A DNA stretch of 64,000 bases, taken from contig CM060731.1 in NCBI GenBank assembly GCA_030704615.1, positions 74,896,001-74,960,000 on the forward strand, in the 5' to 3' direction. Positions 49,986 to 62,769 of this stretch are shown piece after piece. Both the position numbers and the translations under genes were made by a program. The stretch comes from Takakia lepidozioides (lineage: Eukaryota; Plantae; Bryophyta). Position 1 is the stretch's first letter, and every line of letters begins with the position of its first letter. A model generated the notes under the pieces. It made no database searches. It was not told where the DNA came from and saw only the letters and a program-made list of their open reading frames with translations.

Positions 49986-52821
49986 TCAGCTCGTGTGTCG
50001 ATCGAGCTTCCTGACAAGAAGCTGCACTCCACATTCGGGCATAAGGGCTTGTCCTATGCCAGGCGCATGGCGGTACCCCGGTGACAGAGAGAAGCTGAAG
50101 CTCTGCAGCAGCATGCAGAGAAGAACCTTGGCCTCCATCAATGCGAAGTTCTTTCCCAAGCAGATGCGGCTCCCGCCACCAAAAGGCAGGAAGGCGTCTG
50201 TGCGCGCCATTGACTCCCAACGATCAGGTTTGAAATTAGTGGCATCTTTTCCCCAAAGCTCCTGGCTCTGATGAATGAGAGCAATAGGAATCACTATGGT
50301 TGTACCAAGAATTACGGATATGTCTCCCAGCTCATGTGCCTCAATGCAGTCTCTTTCAATTGCTCCGGCAGGCGGGTAAAGCCGCAATGTCTCATTTAGT
50401 ATCATCGCCACCTGGGTGCCATCACGATAGTCAATTCTAAGTAGATGCATATTAAACATAAACCACTTCTCTTGGTACTAACAATAAGTAGTATGTGAGA
50501 CCCTGTCACTTCATCTCAACCTAAAAACAGCTCTCAGCAGGCATTGTATGTAATGAAGGTGTACACTTGCCCGGTTTACAGTCCATGGAACGGTTCAACA
50601 TTGAGCTGAGAAGCCTTTTATGAGATTGGAAAAGCATGCTGTTTACTTAAAGCGGCAAAGCAAAGCTTACTAACCGATTTGAGGTTAGCAGTGTTTTCAG
50701 CATCAGGTGGGGCATCCCCCAAGACCTCCTCCACCTCTGAACGCGCCCGATGCTGCCACTCGGGATGCAATGACAGCATCGTTAGTGTCCAAGTCAAAAG
50801 AATTGAAGTGGTTATGTTTCCAGCAGCAAAAATGGTTTTGCATTCATGCAGGAGCTGGGTTCTGTTCATGGTGGCACTGCCTGCCTGCATCGCCTCCATC
50901 ATTATTCCCAACAAGTCGTTGCCGTACATACTCTCGCGTGGCGACTTGGTGTGTTGAATACCTTTGCTGGCCTCAAGGCGTGCATCCACAATCTCTTCCA
51001 GTATAGAGTTTATGACCTTTTGGTATCTCCAAGCTTTCCGATTGCTGGCGATTGGAAGGAACCTGCATTGAAATGCACAATTTTTTCACACATCCAATTG
51101 AAGTGGCATCTTGACCAACGTAACGTTGAGAACCAACAAATTCTCAAAGTCGAGGCAGTCAGTAAGATTGTGGACATAGGTCTTAAACCTCAGCAACGCT
51201 CCGTGAAATGAGAGATTGATCTAACCTTGATCTCAATAAAAGCTCTGGAGTCCTTGTTATGTGCATGTGACAGTGAGAAAACGGCTGTAATTAACATTCA
51301 TGAATAGTGCACCTGGAATATATGAGACAGGCTAGAGAGAAATGAAATTAAGCGCACCTGAAGCCAGGTAGGAGGCGGCCATATGCAAACGCTCTGTCAC
51401 TGGTTGTAGTAGACAATGCTTTCATAGCCTCAGCGGCCATGCCTCCTTTGCTGACTTGGTCATTTTCTCCAGCCCTCACTCTTGTCGAGCCAAAAGTGGC
51501 CCTGACAACTATGTCCACCGTTGTTCTGGGAATGTCCAAGTCAATAGTGATCTCTGCGCACTTCCCATCCAAGGTGTTGCTAATTTGAGTCTGCCATTTT
51601 TGGACTAGCTCCTCCCCACAGACCACAATATGATGAAAGACACGGTCCTGCGTGTATTTTGGGTGATCAGTGCACTGGTCGACAAATCTGAAATTGACAC
51701 ATATGAGACAGCGTGCAAGCTTATAACCCTGCATCACTACATTTATAAGATGTACATCTAGAGATATGTACAGATCTTAATTACATTGCTCTTCAATGTG
51801 GATTTATGACGTATGGCTTATGTATACACTAGCAAGCATTATCGTGCAGAGGAGGGCAGGACTGATTGACAGAGAGCAACAATTGTCAGTCTACAATTGT
51901 CTCACACACTGAAATAGTGAGGATGAAATTACTTGCAGTCTCTTTACAGCACAGCGGCCAGATTTAGCCTGCAATCCTGTCCAAAACATGTCCTCGTTAA
52001 GCAGGAGTGAGTTTAGTACCTTCAGGTAGTTCAGACGGAAAGAAGGGCTGATAATTCTGTGCTGTTCCTTCCAAAACGAACCTTCAGACATGAGAAGGCC
52101 CTTCCCCACCAAAGGGCCAATCGCCTCGTTACTCAGCACAGATTTGTTGTAGCATGAACTTTTCGACAACAAGACTTGTTTCACCAGGATTGGATCCGTG
52201 ACCTCAATCCGTGTTGACGATCCCACTTCATGAATTGAGACATTGCCTGTATTCAAGACCAGATATCCAAAACATTTAACAACTAGGGCATCTGTGATTG
52301 TGTAGACCAGCTTTAGGATCTCGTTTAATGTGGTTTATGAACATAGTCCTGATAAGGCTCACTACATATAATACTGCAAAGAAAGATAATCGGTTCACGT
52401 ACGTACTTTTCATTACATCTGAATAGAAATTTAGCAACTGTTTCATATATCCCAATTCAATTAATGCCCATGCTCCGGGCATGCTCCCAGATCATAAAGT
52501 ACCTTGACATTCTAGTAATCTGCGAGATACATGTGTACAGAAAACATGGATTATACCATACTCCCTGGCAAAGGCGACCAGGAATGGAATCGTTCGAGTG
52601 GAGGTGGGATCTGTAAACTGGAGACTGCGTGGGATGGAACTCCGGAGCTGGTGAATCTCTGGAAGATTCCCGATGAAGGGCCTGAAAACTGGCCCACGAA
52701 TGCCTTGCTTCTCGTAGAATCTGCGTCTACTGTAAGGTGTCCACCATCGCCAAAACAGTATAGTGGCTACCCAATATACACACAACGCTGCGCACAATGC
52801 TGGAATCCCCCAATTTGTCAT
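49986..52821 (-). CDS. Cytochrome P450, CYP72 clan, 5 exons (52821-52557, 52246-52020, 51647-51358, 51062-50675, 50411-49986; ~531 aa)
   Basis: N-terminal membrane anchor, QGIRGP..RPFIGN, ETLRLYPP, PDRW, FLPFGGGSRICLG. All GT-AG introns keep the frame. Confidence 0.93.
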
Positions 52822-53347
52822 CTAGCCAATATTGGTCGATCTGGGCGCCCTCTTTCATGCACCAGACCTCAGTGTCGATGGAGAGTCGATAGTGTGTGTA
52901 CTACGTGTGGCGGTGCTAGAATTCCTCCTCTGTTGTGCGTCTAACAATCGTGCTGGCTCTTATATACACACAGTTTTCAGCCGCCACGAAGGGGCTTTCT
53001 AATCCTCATGTGTTACACTCACTTCGGATTCCTTGGAACACAAGCTGTCGTGTTGTTGTCGGGAAGTTTCTCTGCAATGATTCGTGAAGATCCCGCGCAA
53101 CTCTCCCTGCACTCAATCGGCAGCTTCTTTTTTCTTTTTTCTTTCTTAGTAAACAAGCCTCAAACGGCAATTGGCTCTTTTGCTTTACTTTGGCACAACA
53201 TAAGACTAGGGAGCATGACTCAGCACAACACACCAATCAGCGCCTTGACATGGTGTAAGGTACTTTGACCACATTTTCTCCATTGACTTGCATGTCAGGA
53301 GAGCCAATAAACACCCCCAAGAGACCGCCAGGGCAAAGGCCTCTTAA

Positions 53348-53999
53348 CCCTTAAACGCCCAGTAGCCAGTTTCGGGCTTTTGGGTTTAGAAAAATCTGAA
53401 TAACTTTTTGCATTCTCCATGGAGTTGTGTGAAAAAAAAATATAGTGTTCTTGGTCACCTGGCACACCAAGATTCATTGCCCGATTGCCTCGGATCTGCC
53501 AAGTTGCAAAGAGGTCTCATCACGCAAGAGGGGGTCACGATTTGATAAAGGTAATTCTCGTTGTTTCATTCTTCACACGTGTTGTGTGAGAGGGAGAGAA
53601 ACATGGGATTTTTTCCAGGTTTGACCAAGTGGCATCATCACATGCATTGGCCAAATTGGATACTTTTTGGCTTGTTGGATGAGGGATCTCAAGGGGATGA
53701 AACCATGCTAATTTCGCCTCAATCCCATTTGATCCCATCACTCAAATCTTTAAAAAATTACCAAAAATGGATATGTTTCTCAAAAGGGCCCCAATAATGG
53801 AACCCACATTCAAACGGTGGCATTTTGTGAATCTGGGGCTGATTGGCCTCAAATTCGGCAGTGGATGCAGGAGGAAGGTACGCACCTAATGTGCGGTCAA
53901 GTTCTTTAAAAAGTTAATTTTCTGAAAGTTACACCTTTTTTTCACTTAAGGGGTCATGTTTTCTGAAAAAGTCAAACTATGGCACTGGGCGTTTAAGGG
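53348..53999. mobile_element. piggyBac-like MITE (652 bp)
   Basis: TTAA|CCCTTAAACGCCCAGT ... ACTGGGCGTTTAAGGG|TTAA. Confidence 0.85.
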
Positions 54000-54003
54000 T
54001 TAA

Positions 54004-54461
54004 TGTTAGAGAAGGAAAAATAACCTATGTTCAAGGCTCCAGTGAAGGGGAAGTGTAAGATATACCACACCCAATAACAAGGTAGCATGATTTCGACCCA
54101 GAATTGCCTAGGTGGCACTCAGTGCACTATCCAACTAAGCTACCAGCTGGAGAGAGAGAGAAGACTCCAGCCAAAGCCGGCGTAGCTAAAAGCCACTTCG
54201 TCTTACGGCTAATGCCCCTTTTGGGGGGTGGCCCGCTCATGATAGCTTCTAGAAGCTAGTTGTTGGCAGTATTGCTGACGTTAGTATTAGGGACCGGACC
54301 TGCCCTGCATTTCCCATAATTTCTGACCACATTTCACCTAGGCTGCTTTCTATAAAGGAACGGCAGCCTTTGATCTTGTCAAACTTGTTAGAAATTCATC
54401 CAATAAATTAGTAAGTCAATATTAGTAAGGGAACTTGACGGTTACAACAGTTCTCCTAACA
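54004..54461 (-). mobile_element. Solo LTR containing a tRNA-like A-box/B-box segment (54081-54147)
   Basis: TGTTAG...CTAACA ends, with flanks CTTAA/CGTAA once the MITE is removed. Minus-strand TAGCTTAGTTGGATAGTGC ... GGGTCGAAATC. Confidence 0.55.
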
Positions 54462-55620
54462 CGTAAGAGACAAGCTCGACTTATATGGTAGTGAGGAGAG
54501 CTTATTTTATGAATATATAATCTACAATTACATTAGTCTCTATCTATTATTTCTATGATGGTATCAGTGCTTCGATAGGTGATAGATAGAGCTTTCTTGA
54601 TCTTATTGAAATGGGTTTAAATAGGAGAGAGACTAGCAAATCAATGAGATACAAGATAAATAAGGCAGATTTATGCAAGTCTAAATGTTAAACATGACTT
54701 AGAACTTTGAAGTCCTCAAGATGGCAGATCAAACTCGGAATATAGAGAAGTTGAATGGTCCTAACTTCTCCACTTGGAAAATCAGAATGTCATATTTGTT
54801 TTTAAAAAACAATTATGGGATTTAGTGATAGGCACGGAAATTAAACCTACAAGTATTGTATCTCCCGGAGGAACAAGAGTCAATCCTCCTACTATTGGAC
54901 AAGGATCAATCTTAGACTGGGATGATAGAGATAGATTTGCTCAAATGCTAATTGTGGATAGCGTTAAAAATTCACGTCTAGTTCATGCTACATCAAGTGA
55001 TACTGCTCATGAAAATTGGTCAGAAATACACAAGATGTATCAAAATTCAGATATGATGAATAAACTTTCTACGTAAAAAATATGTTAACTTTGTTATGAA
55101 TGAAGGTGGTGATGTCCTCACCCACATTCATGAATTTAAGTTACTCATTGAGCAATTGGCTTCATACTAATGAAGATAAGGTTCAAACTCTCCTTGGGAG
55201 TCTTCCCGATTCTTTTGATCTAGTAGTCATGAGTCTAGAGAACACCATAGGACTGACTTTTCAAAACGTGTTAGCTAGGTTAATGCAAAAAAACATGCGT
55301 CGAAATAAATCTAAGAATTCCACATACAGTGAGGAACCACAACATTATGGGTTGGCAAAAGACTTCCATACAAGGGTCAGTCCAATAAACCTCATGGTGC
55401 AAACACCAGGAGGACGAATGAGAATTATACTTCATAAATAAAACCAAATTATACTTAGCCGGCCAGATTAGGCCAGAAAAGATGGATCACATGTAATTAC
55501 TACAAGACACCGTATCACACCAAAATGAGTGAAGTATTTAAGGGATCTCAAATCGGGAAAGGTCAAAGCTAGTCAAAACCAAGTTGGTCAAAACCAAGCA
55601 GGACAAGTCCCAGAAACCCA
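54462..55620 (+). mobile_element. Ty1/copia 5' remnant (LTR end, PBS at 54558, decayed gag)
   Basis: TGGTATCAGTGC; IEKLNGPNFSTWK..LWDLV.G.E; LLGSLPDSF. Confidence 0.8.
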
Positions 55621-55649
55621 TTAATTATTTATGACGTTTGCGTAATCAA

Positions 55650-58360
55650 ATAAAAAATGGCTCTCTGAGTCTTCTTTCCTTGTATAGTCTCAATGAGCCT
55701 TTCCGGTTTCTTTCTCTGCCTCGGAGTACTCCACTATTTCATCATATGGCAAGTAAGACCCAGATTGTTGATCTCCACTGGGAGATGAACTAGTAGCTAT
55801 GAGTGGTGCTCCCACTGTTGAACTAACTCCTGAATTACTCACTGTTGAGCTAATTCCTGAATTACTTGGTCGTGATGCTAGGACTATTTCAGCTGGGGAA
55901 ATCCCACTACTGGAGGCTGTACTTGGGATTGACCTCTCAATGGAAGTCTCATGTCTATTCTTGGATATTGTCTAAAGAAGGTGAGATCCAATACTAACTC
56001 TTGTTCTTCTCTTAGACCATTAATCCCTGATTCTTCTGACTATGAGAATGTATCGTCTTCTATAAACTTAACATCTCGGGAAATTAGTACAATGTTGTCT
56101 TATTTCTTTAACAGTCTATACCCTTTGCTTTCCTCGCTGTACCCCAAGAATATACATTCTACAGATCGCAGGTCTAACTTCTTTCTTAAATCCTTATGAA
56201 CTTGAGCATAAGCTTTGCACCCAAATACCCTTAAATGAGAAAGGTTTGGTTTTAATCATATCCATTTATCTATAGGTGTTTTATGATCCTCTATTGCTTT
56301 GGTAGGAGACCTATTTTGTAAGTAACTTGCTGTAAGAATGGCCTCTCCCCAAAAAGACTTACTAAGACCTGAATGGTGTAACATAGACAATACTGCCCCT
56401 ATCAAGTGTGTCCTATTCTTTCTTTCGAAGACACCGTTCTGTTGTGGGGTCCTTGCTTATACACTAAACTGCCTTTTTATCCCATGTTCTTGACAAAAGA
56501 TATTAAATTGTGTAGACCTATATTCGCCTCCATTGTTTGACCTCAAGACTTTTATCAGAATTTATCTTAGAACTTACTAGTTTGGTTCTCTACCAACTGT
56601 TTATAGAGTTTAAATTTTTTGAAAACCTGAGATTTATGTCTTAATAGATAGACTACTATGTATCGGGACCAATAGTTAATAAAGGTAGCAAAGAACTTAA
56701 ATCCCCCCTGTGTGGCGTTTTACAACGGGCCACATATGTCAGAGTGAACTAATTCTAATAGGTCAGACGTTCGTGTTCCTCCCTCTGTTGGAATTTTCTC
56801 TCGTGTCTGACGGTTTACCCTACATTATGCATAACTGACAAAAAGGAAGAGTCTTTACATCATATTTATCAATTCCCTCTACCATGGAGTTTCGCATTAA
56901 TTGATGCATTCTCTCTGGTTTATGTGCCCTAATCTCTTATGCCAAAGATCTGTGCAACTATTAGTTAGAACTGTCATAGCTTCGTGGTGTGTGACTTATG
57001 CGGACTCTCATAATTTGTACAAGTCACTTTCTAATCCACACTTTGCTATCTGAATTCCTCCTGAATTTCTTAGCAGACAATATCCCTTTTTGACAGTCAT
57101 CTCTCCTCATGATGAATCAACTGCTTAATCGAAAATAGGTTTTTCTTTAACCCTGGAACATGTAAGACCTTTGGAATTTCTTTTGTCTCTCCACTTCAGT
57201 ATAATAATTAATTGACACATCTCTGTGACCCTCTATTTTATGAGTTGTATTATCACGCAAATAAACTACCTGTCCATTCTGACAGGACTGATAGTTTGTG
57301 AATGAGGTTATGTTGTAGGCTCTGTGACCCCACTATCTATGTACCAACTTGTCTATGCAACACTGATGTAGTCATTGCAATGACCACATATAGCTTATTA
57401 TCTGTTACTGCTATGTTACAATGTCTGGCTGTAGGAGCTTCTTTCTCTAATCTTGTCCTACAATCTTTAATCATATGACCATAGTTCTCGGCACTTGCAA
57501 AGAAACATTTAATTTGATTTTTTTTTCCCATAATTGTTATTATTACTAGTTTTGCTTACAGTGTCAGCACTGCCTTGAGAAGAGTTAGATTGGTAGGTTT
57601 TCTTATTCTTAAACCCATACCTCTTCCCTACTAACAAACGAGTTGACGATCCAGAAGGTGCTTCTAAGTTTTTCATTAGAAATTCTTCATGCAATAGGTC
57701 TGTTATTAAATATTGAAGAGAGAGTCCAAGTTGTCTACGTAACGAACTAATGAGTGTTGTGTAGTTTCTAACGCTATGAATATGTTTCGTGACATTCTCT
57801 CCTTCTCTCATCTTTAATGTTTGTAGCTTATCTTTAAGAAACATCTTAGTCACAGCATCGTGGGATTCAAAGAGCCTCTTTAGCTCTTCCCATGCTTCAT
57901 GAGAAGACCCACATGACATGACATGAGACACAATGCTATTTTCTAAGCAGTTGTTGATTATACAGAGACAAGGGACATCCCTTTCCTCCCAATGGTCGAC
58001 ACTACCAGCCCCAGTGGCTGGTAGAGCTGTAGCACATGCGGCCGCAACGAGTTTCACTTCTTGACCATCTATTGTCTTGGCTTGCGCCATTGATCTAGGC
58101 ACCCGAAGCTTCTCTAGTTTTTCATTTTGTGACCTTCGTCTATTCTGGCAGTATGTGACAAATGCTAAGTTAAGACTATTAACCCGCTCTGATACCATGT
58201 AAATAATATACACAGGTCTTATCCACTATAGAACTGAACTCAGACTCTCATCAGAGACAATGTGTAATCTATATATTATAATCCATCGGAGAAGAAGCTT
58301 ATACCTCTTAATATCTTTAGAGACTACCTTTAGCTATCTAGGTCTTCATATTTTCTTTTA
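55650..58360 (-). mobile_element. Truncated Ty1/copia (5' LTR 58198-58360, PBS 58186-58197, gag-PR-IN decayed)
   Basis: TGGTATCAGAGC; gag with LQTLKMREGE; LWHKRLGH; HSDICGP; PQQNGV; FWGEA. Confidence 0.85.
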
Positions 58361-58789
58361 AAATGGATCCATCCTTCTTCAAGCAATCCCCGAGTCAAAA
58401 TGGACCCACAGTCAGGGGGAGTTCGACCTCAACAACTTCCGCCACCTGTTGTGGAATAGTCATCCCTTCCATGCTTTCAATGAGCCGTGAAGGGGGGGTT
58501 TTCTTTGTCTTGTCTCCCGGCTGGGAGAGACACTAGGTTCTATTGGAGACCAGCAGGGTTGACGAAAAGGTCGAACTGATGACTGTTATACTGGACATCT
58601 TAAAGAAAAGTCTTCATGTTCTCCCCCTACAATAGTATCTTCTACTGCAGCCAAGCCTAGAGTAGACCTAGCGGCTAAGGGGACAGAACCCACAATATGA
58701 ATGTGTGAGAGGGTTCAAAGACCCTACAGTTATAGAAGGACCAATAGTTGGAAGTGGTGTCTGAAGCCTAAAGCACTTCGATTAACTCG

Positions 58790-59530
58790 ATCTTATTCAT
58801 TAGATCCAGTCATATGGCCAGAAGCTCTAGAAGGAGCTGGAGCCAATGATTGGAAGAATGCAATAAACAAAGAGTTGAAGTCATTGGAAAAGAATCAAAC
58901 CTAGAAATTGACAATCTTGCCTCACAATCGAAAGGCAGTTGGTTGCAAGTGGGTATTTAAAATCAAAGCTCAAATCCAAAGTTGTGAAACTTACTTCTAT
59001 AAGAGTACTATTAGCCTTTGGAGTATATCATGACCTTGATATTCAACAAATGGATGTCAAAACAGCCTTTCTGAATGGCCAACTTGACGAGGAAATTTAT
59101 ATGGAGGTTCCCAAATGACTTCCTCCAAAACAAAGAAGTCCAGGTTTAGTGTGCAAGTTGCAAAAGACATTATATGGTTTACAACAGTCACATGTATGGA
59201 ATCTTTACTTCACTTGACTCAGCACCTTCAAGTCATTGCTGACTAATGTTGAGTCATCTACATAAACTGCAATTATTACAAACTTGTCTTCTCTTACTTT
59301 AATTTGACATAGATATTGTCATGTGCAGAAGATGTCACAAAACCTTCTGACTTGAGATATCCATTAAATTTCTGAAACCAAGCTCGGTAAGATTGTTTTA
59401 ACCCGTAGAGAGTTTTCACAAGCTTACACACCAATTGTTCTTGTCCTCTAGCAATAAATCCCGTAGGCTGCTCCATTTAAACTTCCTCTTCTAAATCCTC
59501 ATTTACAAAGGTAGTTTTCACGTCCATTTG
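58790..59530. mobile_element. Two opposed Ty1/copia RT fragments
   Basis: Plus strand: QMDVKTAFLNG..EEIYM..VCKL.K.LYGL. Minus strand: MEQPTGF..VCKLVKTLYGLKQS. Confidence 0.85.
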
Positions 59531-60219
59531 ACATGAAAACATGTATCAAAAGCTTACCCAGAGAGAAGCACGAACTTTGTATGCGATGGATGTGAATTGC
59601 AGATCGCCCAACAGATTAATGTTGTTTAGAAGTGGTCACATCGAGCGTAGCTCAGAGTTTGTTGTTTTATCTCTAGCTAACCCTAATCAGAGGGAGTGTA
59701 GGGAATAGATCAGGGTTAAAGCCTAGAATATCTTACTGGATAGTAGGTGAAAGATCACACTTGAAAGAACATGACTCTACATAGGATTGCACCTCTTCAA
59801 TGTGAAGGGACTTAAGTGCTTAGTAGCACTTCTTTAATTAGAAAGAGATTTACTTCTTCTCTCATCTCTCTCATGCACACTCTTGTATGATCTCTGTTAT
59901 ATCAGACACTATGTGCTTTGGTTTTTATTTCTCTTGAATTTGCCCTTACTTTTAGCAAACAAGGCAACATTTTTACCTGAAGAACTTTTTCATGTTTGTC
60001 TCATGGTGGACTCCTGTAATATTTTGCCAAGTAATTCAACAAGAGTTTAATATGGAGTAACTACTACTATGAGTAATAACAAATGGTCGCCAAGAAGGTG
60101 GGAGTGAAGCAAGGAACAACGTAACCGGCATTAATTTAGGGATGACTAGTCCTGCCACAACAGCCTCATCTAACGCACCTTACCACTCTTCAAGGAAGTC
60201 AGTCACAAAAATAGAAAAG

Positions 60220-61339
60220 AAAGATGGATTAAGCTCAGTCAAGAGAAATACTTACGAGAAGTAGTGCATAAATTTAAGATGAAAAGTTGTAAACCAATAA
60301 ATACACCTTTCGAAGTAGACATTAGATTGTCTAAAGAAGAATGTCCAGCCACAGAGAAGGAGAGACTCACAATGGTAAACATTTCATATGCTAATGCCAT
60401 TGGAAGTGTCATGTACAGTACAGTCTGTACGAGATTTGATTGTGCCTTTGCCATCGGCTGTTTGGCGCAATTCCTATCGAATCCAAGTCCGAGCCATTGG
60501 ACCAAAACAAAGAGAGTCCTAAGATTTTAAAGTACCAGAAAGTTGAAGGAGGGTCCGACATCTTGCAAGGATATTCTGATGCTGATTAGGCGGGAGAAAT
60601 CGATACACAAAGGTCCACTTCCGCTTATTGCTTTACAATTGCAGGAGGAGCCATTAGTTGGGCACGTAAAAAGCAACGGTTTGTAGCATTATCGAGCACA
60701 GAAGCTGAATACATGGCTTTATCAAAGGCAACAGCAGAGGCTATTTGGTTACGACGCTTACTGAAGGATTTGGGGTTTCCACAGTTGTTGCCAACTATAA
60801 TTAGGGCAGACAATCAGAGTGCCATAGCACTTAGTATAAATCCTAAATTTCATGCAAAAAATAAACATATAGATATCCAAGATCACTACATAAGGGATCA
60901 AGTCAAAGAAGGAGAAATCATCTTGAAGTATGTTTCTACTACGAAGATGGTAGGTGGTTTTTTTTACCAAAAGCGTCAATGCAGAAAAACACTTGTTCTG
61001 TGTTCAGAAGTTAGGTCTTTGGATGAAAGCTAGAGAGGATGACCAGAATGCTCATGAAGAATGACATATGTCTAATTTACCTATCTAAGTTTTAGTGGGA
61101 GTAAAAGAAGATATGAAAACCTAGATAGCTAAAGGCAGTCTCTAAAGATCTTAAGAGGTACAACCTTTGAAGTAGTGTAGTCTTTCGTATTTGGATAGAG
61201 GTTGCATAAAGGATTCGCTTTGATTGTAAGGAAGAACTTCTTCTTTGATGGATTATAATATATAGATTACACATTGTCTCTGATGAGAGTCTGAATAGAT
61301 TCAGTTCTATAGTGGATAGGATCTTGTATATTATTTACA
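60220..61339 (+). mobile_element. Ty1/copia 3' part (RT end, RNase H, PPT, 3' LTR 61102-61339)
   Basis: YANAIGSVMY, ALSSTEAEY, DNQSAI..HAKNKHIDI. The LTR is homologous to 58198-58360. Confidence 0.9.
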
Positions 61340-61705
61340 TGTTGGAGGTGTCAAGGCTATAGCCCTTACACGACACTCTGAGAACAGAAGAGGATGGGAA
61401 GCTCAATGGTAGAGCACCCCACCAGAATGGGGGAGGTCCTAGGTTCAATCCTTAGCCCGACCGTACGCCGGTGGTTTTCCAACATGGTATCAGAGCCAAG
61501 GTTGTGGCGGTGGTCAGAATGGGTGGGCATTAGTTATAAGGGCTATGCCTTGAGGGGGTGTGTTGGAGATGTCAAGGCTATAGCCCTTGCATGACACTGT
61601 GAGATCAGAAGAGGACGGGTAGCTCAGTGGTAGAGCACCCCACCGGAATGGGGGAGGTCCTAGGTTCAATCCCTGGCCCAACCATACGCCAGTGGTTTTC
61701 CAACA
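61340..61705 (+). mobile_element. TRIM (366 bp) with tRNA-derived Pol III promoter in both 145-bp LTRs (Cassandra/Helenus/Ajax-type)
   Basis: LTRs at 61340-61484 and 61561-61705 (TGTTGG...CCAACA). PBS TGGTATCAGAGCC, 76-bp internal region with GGCAT..ATGCC hairpin and PPT. A box TAGCTCAGTGGTAGAGC, B box GGTTCAATCCC. Confidence 0.93.
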
Positions 61706-62490
61706 TATTTGAAGTAGGTGGTCATGAGTGAAGCCATCGTCCCCCTCTCCTTTATATGTCATATCTGTCATCTTACCAGTTTCCTGAAAGATGACATCTC
61801 TGGAGATGACAACCGTCCGCATCAGCCTGTAGCCTTTGCTTTCCTCACTGTATCCCAGAAAAACACATTCTTCGTATTTGGAATCTAGCTTCTTTCAGGT
61901 GTCCCCAGGGATAAGTGCAAATGCAACACAACCAAACACTCGAAGGTGTGTCACACTTGGTTTGCATCCGTGCCATAGTTCATATGGAGTCTTATTAATG
62001 TTGACTGCCTTTGTGGGCTGCCTATTTTGTAGATATGCAGCCGTAAGCACTGCCTCCCCCCAAAAGGCTCCAGACAAACCTGCAACGTGTAACATGCTCA
62101 AGACAGCTTCCACAAGCGTTCGATTTTTCCGTTTTGAGACACCATTTTGTTGTGGTGTATAAGAAACATAAATTGTTTTAAGATGCCATGTTCTTGGCAA
62201 AACTCATTGAAGTCATTAGACTTGTACTCGCCTCCGTTGTCACTTCGTAGTGTTTGGATTCGTCTTCCCACTTGATTTTCAACCATGGCCTTGTACTTTT
62301 GAAATGTTGAGAAGGCTTGTGATTTGTTCCATAGAAGGTAAATCACGGTGTATCTGTAATCATTAATGAATGTGATGAAGTACATGAATCTTCTGTGTGT
62401 GGCTGATTGCATTGGACCACATATGTCCGTATGCACCAGCTCAAGAGGAAAACTAGCTCTTGTTCCTCCCTCATTCGGGAATGTTTCTCT
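61706..62490 (-). mobile_element. Ty1/copia integrase fragment
   Basis: HTDICGP, LRSDNGGEY, TPQQNGV, FWGEAV, HLRVFGC. Confidence 0.9.
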
Positions 62491-62499
62491 AAATTAAAG

Positions 62500-62765
62500 G
62501 AGGGAATTGCTTATTGTCCAAAAATGGGCATTTGCTTGCAACCTGCAAGATGGAAAGTGACTTGTACAAGCTAGGGATCTCGAAAATGCCAAGCGAGATT
62601 CATGCTAATGTTGTAAGCTCAGACTCTACCGCAAATCTATGGCATGAAAGGTTAGGGCATGTAAGCCAAGGCCGCCTACAAACTTTGATTCACAAAAATA
62701 TGGTCAATGGACTAGATCTAAGTGACATCAAGACTTTTCAGTTTTGTAGGTCTTGTGACGTTGTT
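62500..62765 (+). mobile_element. Ty1/copia GAG-pre-integrase fragment
   Basis: ANLWHERLGHVS...FCRSC. Confidence 0.8.
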
Positions 62766-62769
62766 TGAT

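Noticed and set aside
61392-61684. Two functional tRNA genes
   Set aside because: They are embedded in TRIM LTRs, have a 6-nt anticodon loop and imperfect acceptor stems, and so are tRNA-derived promoters.
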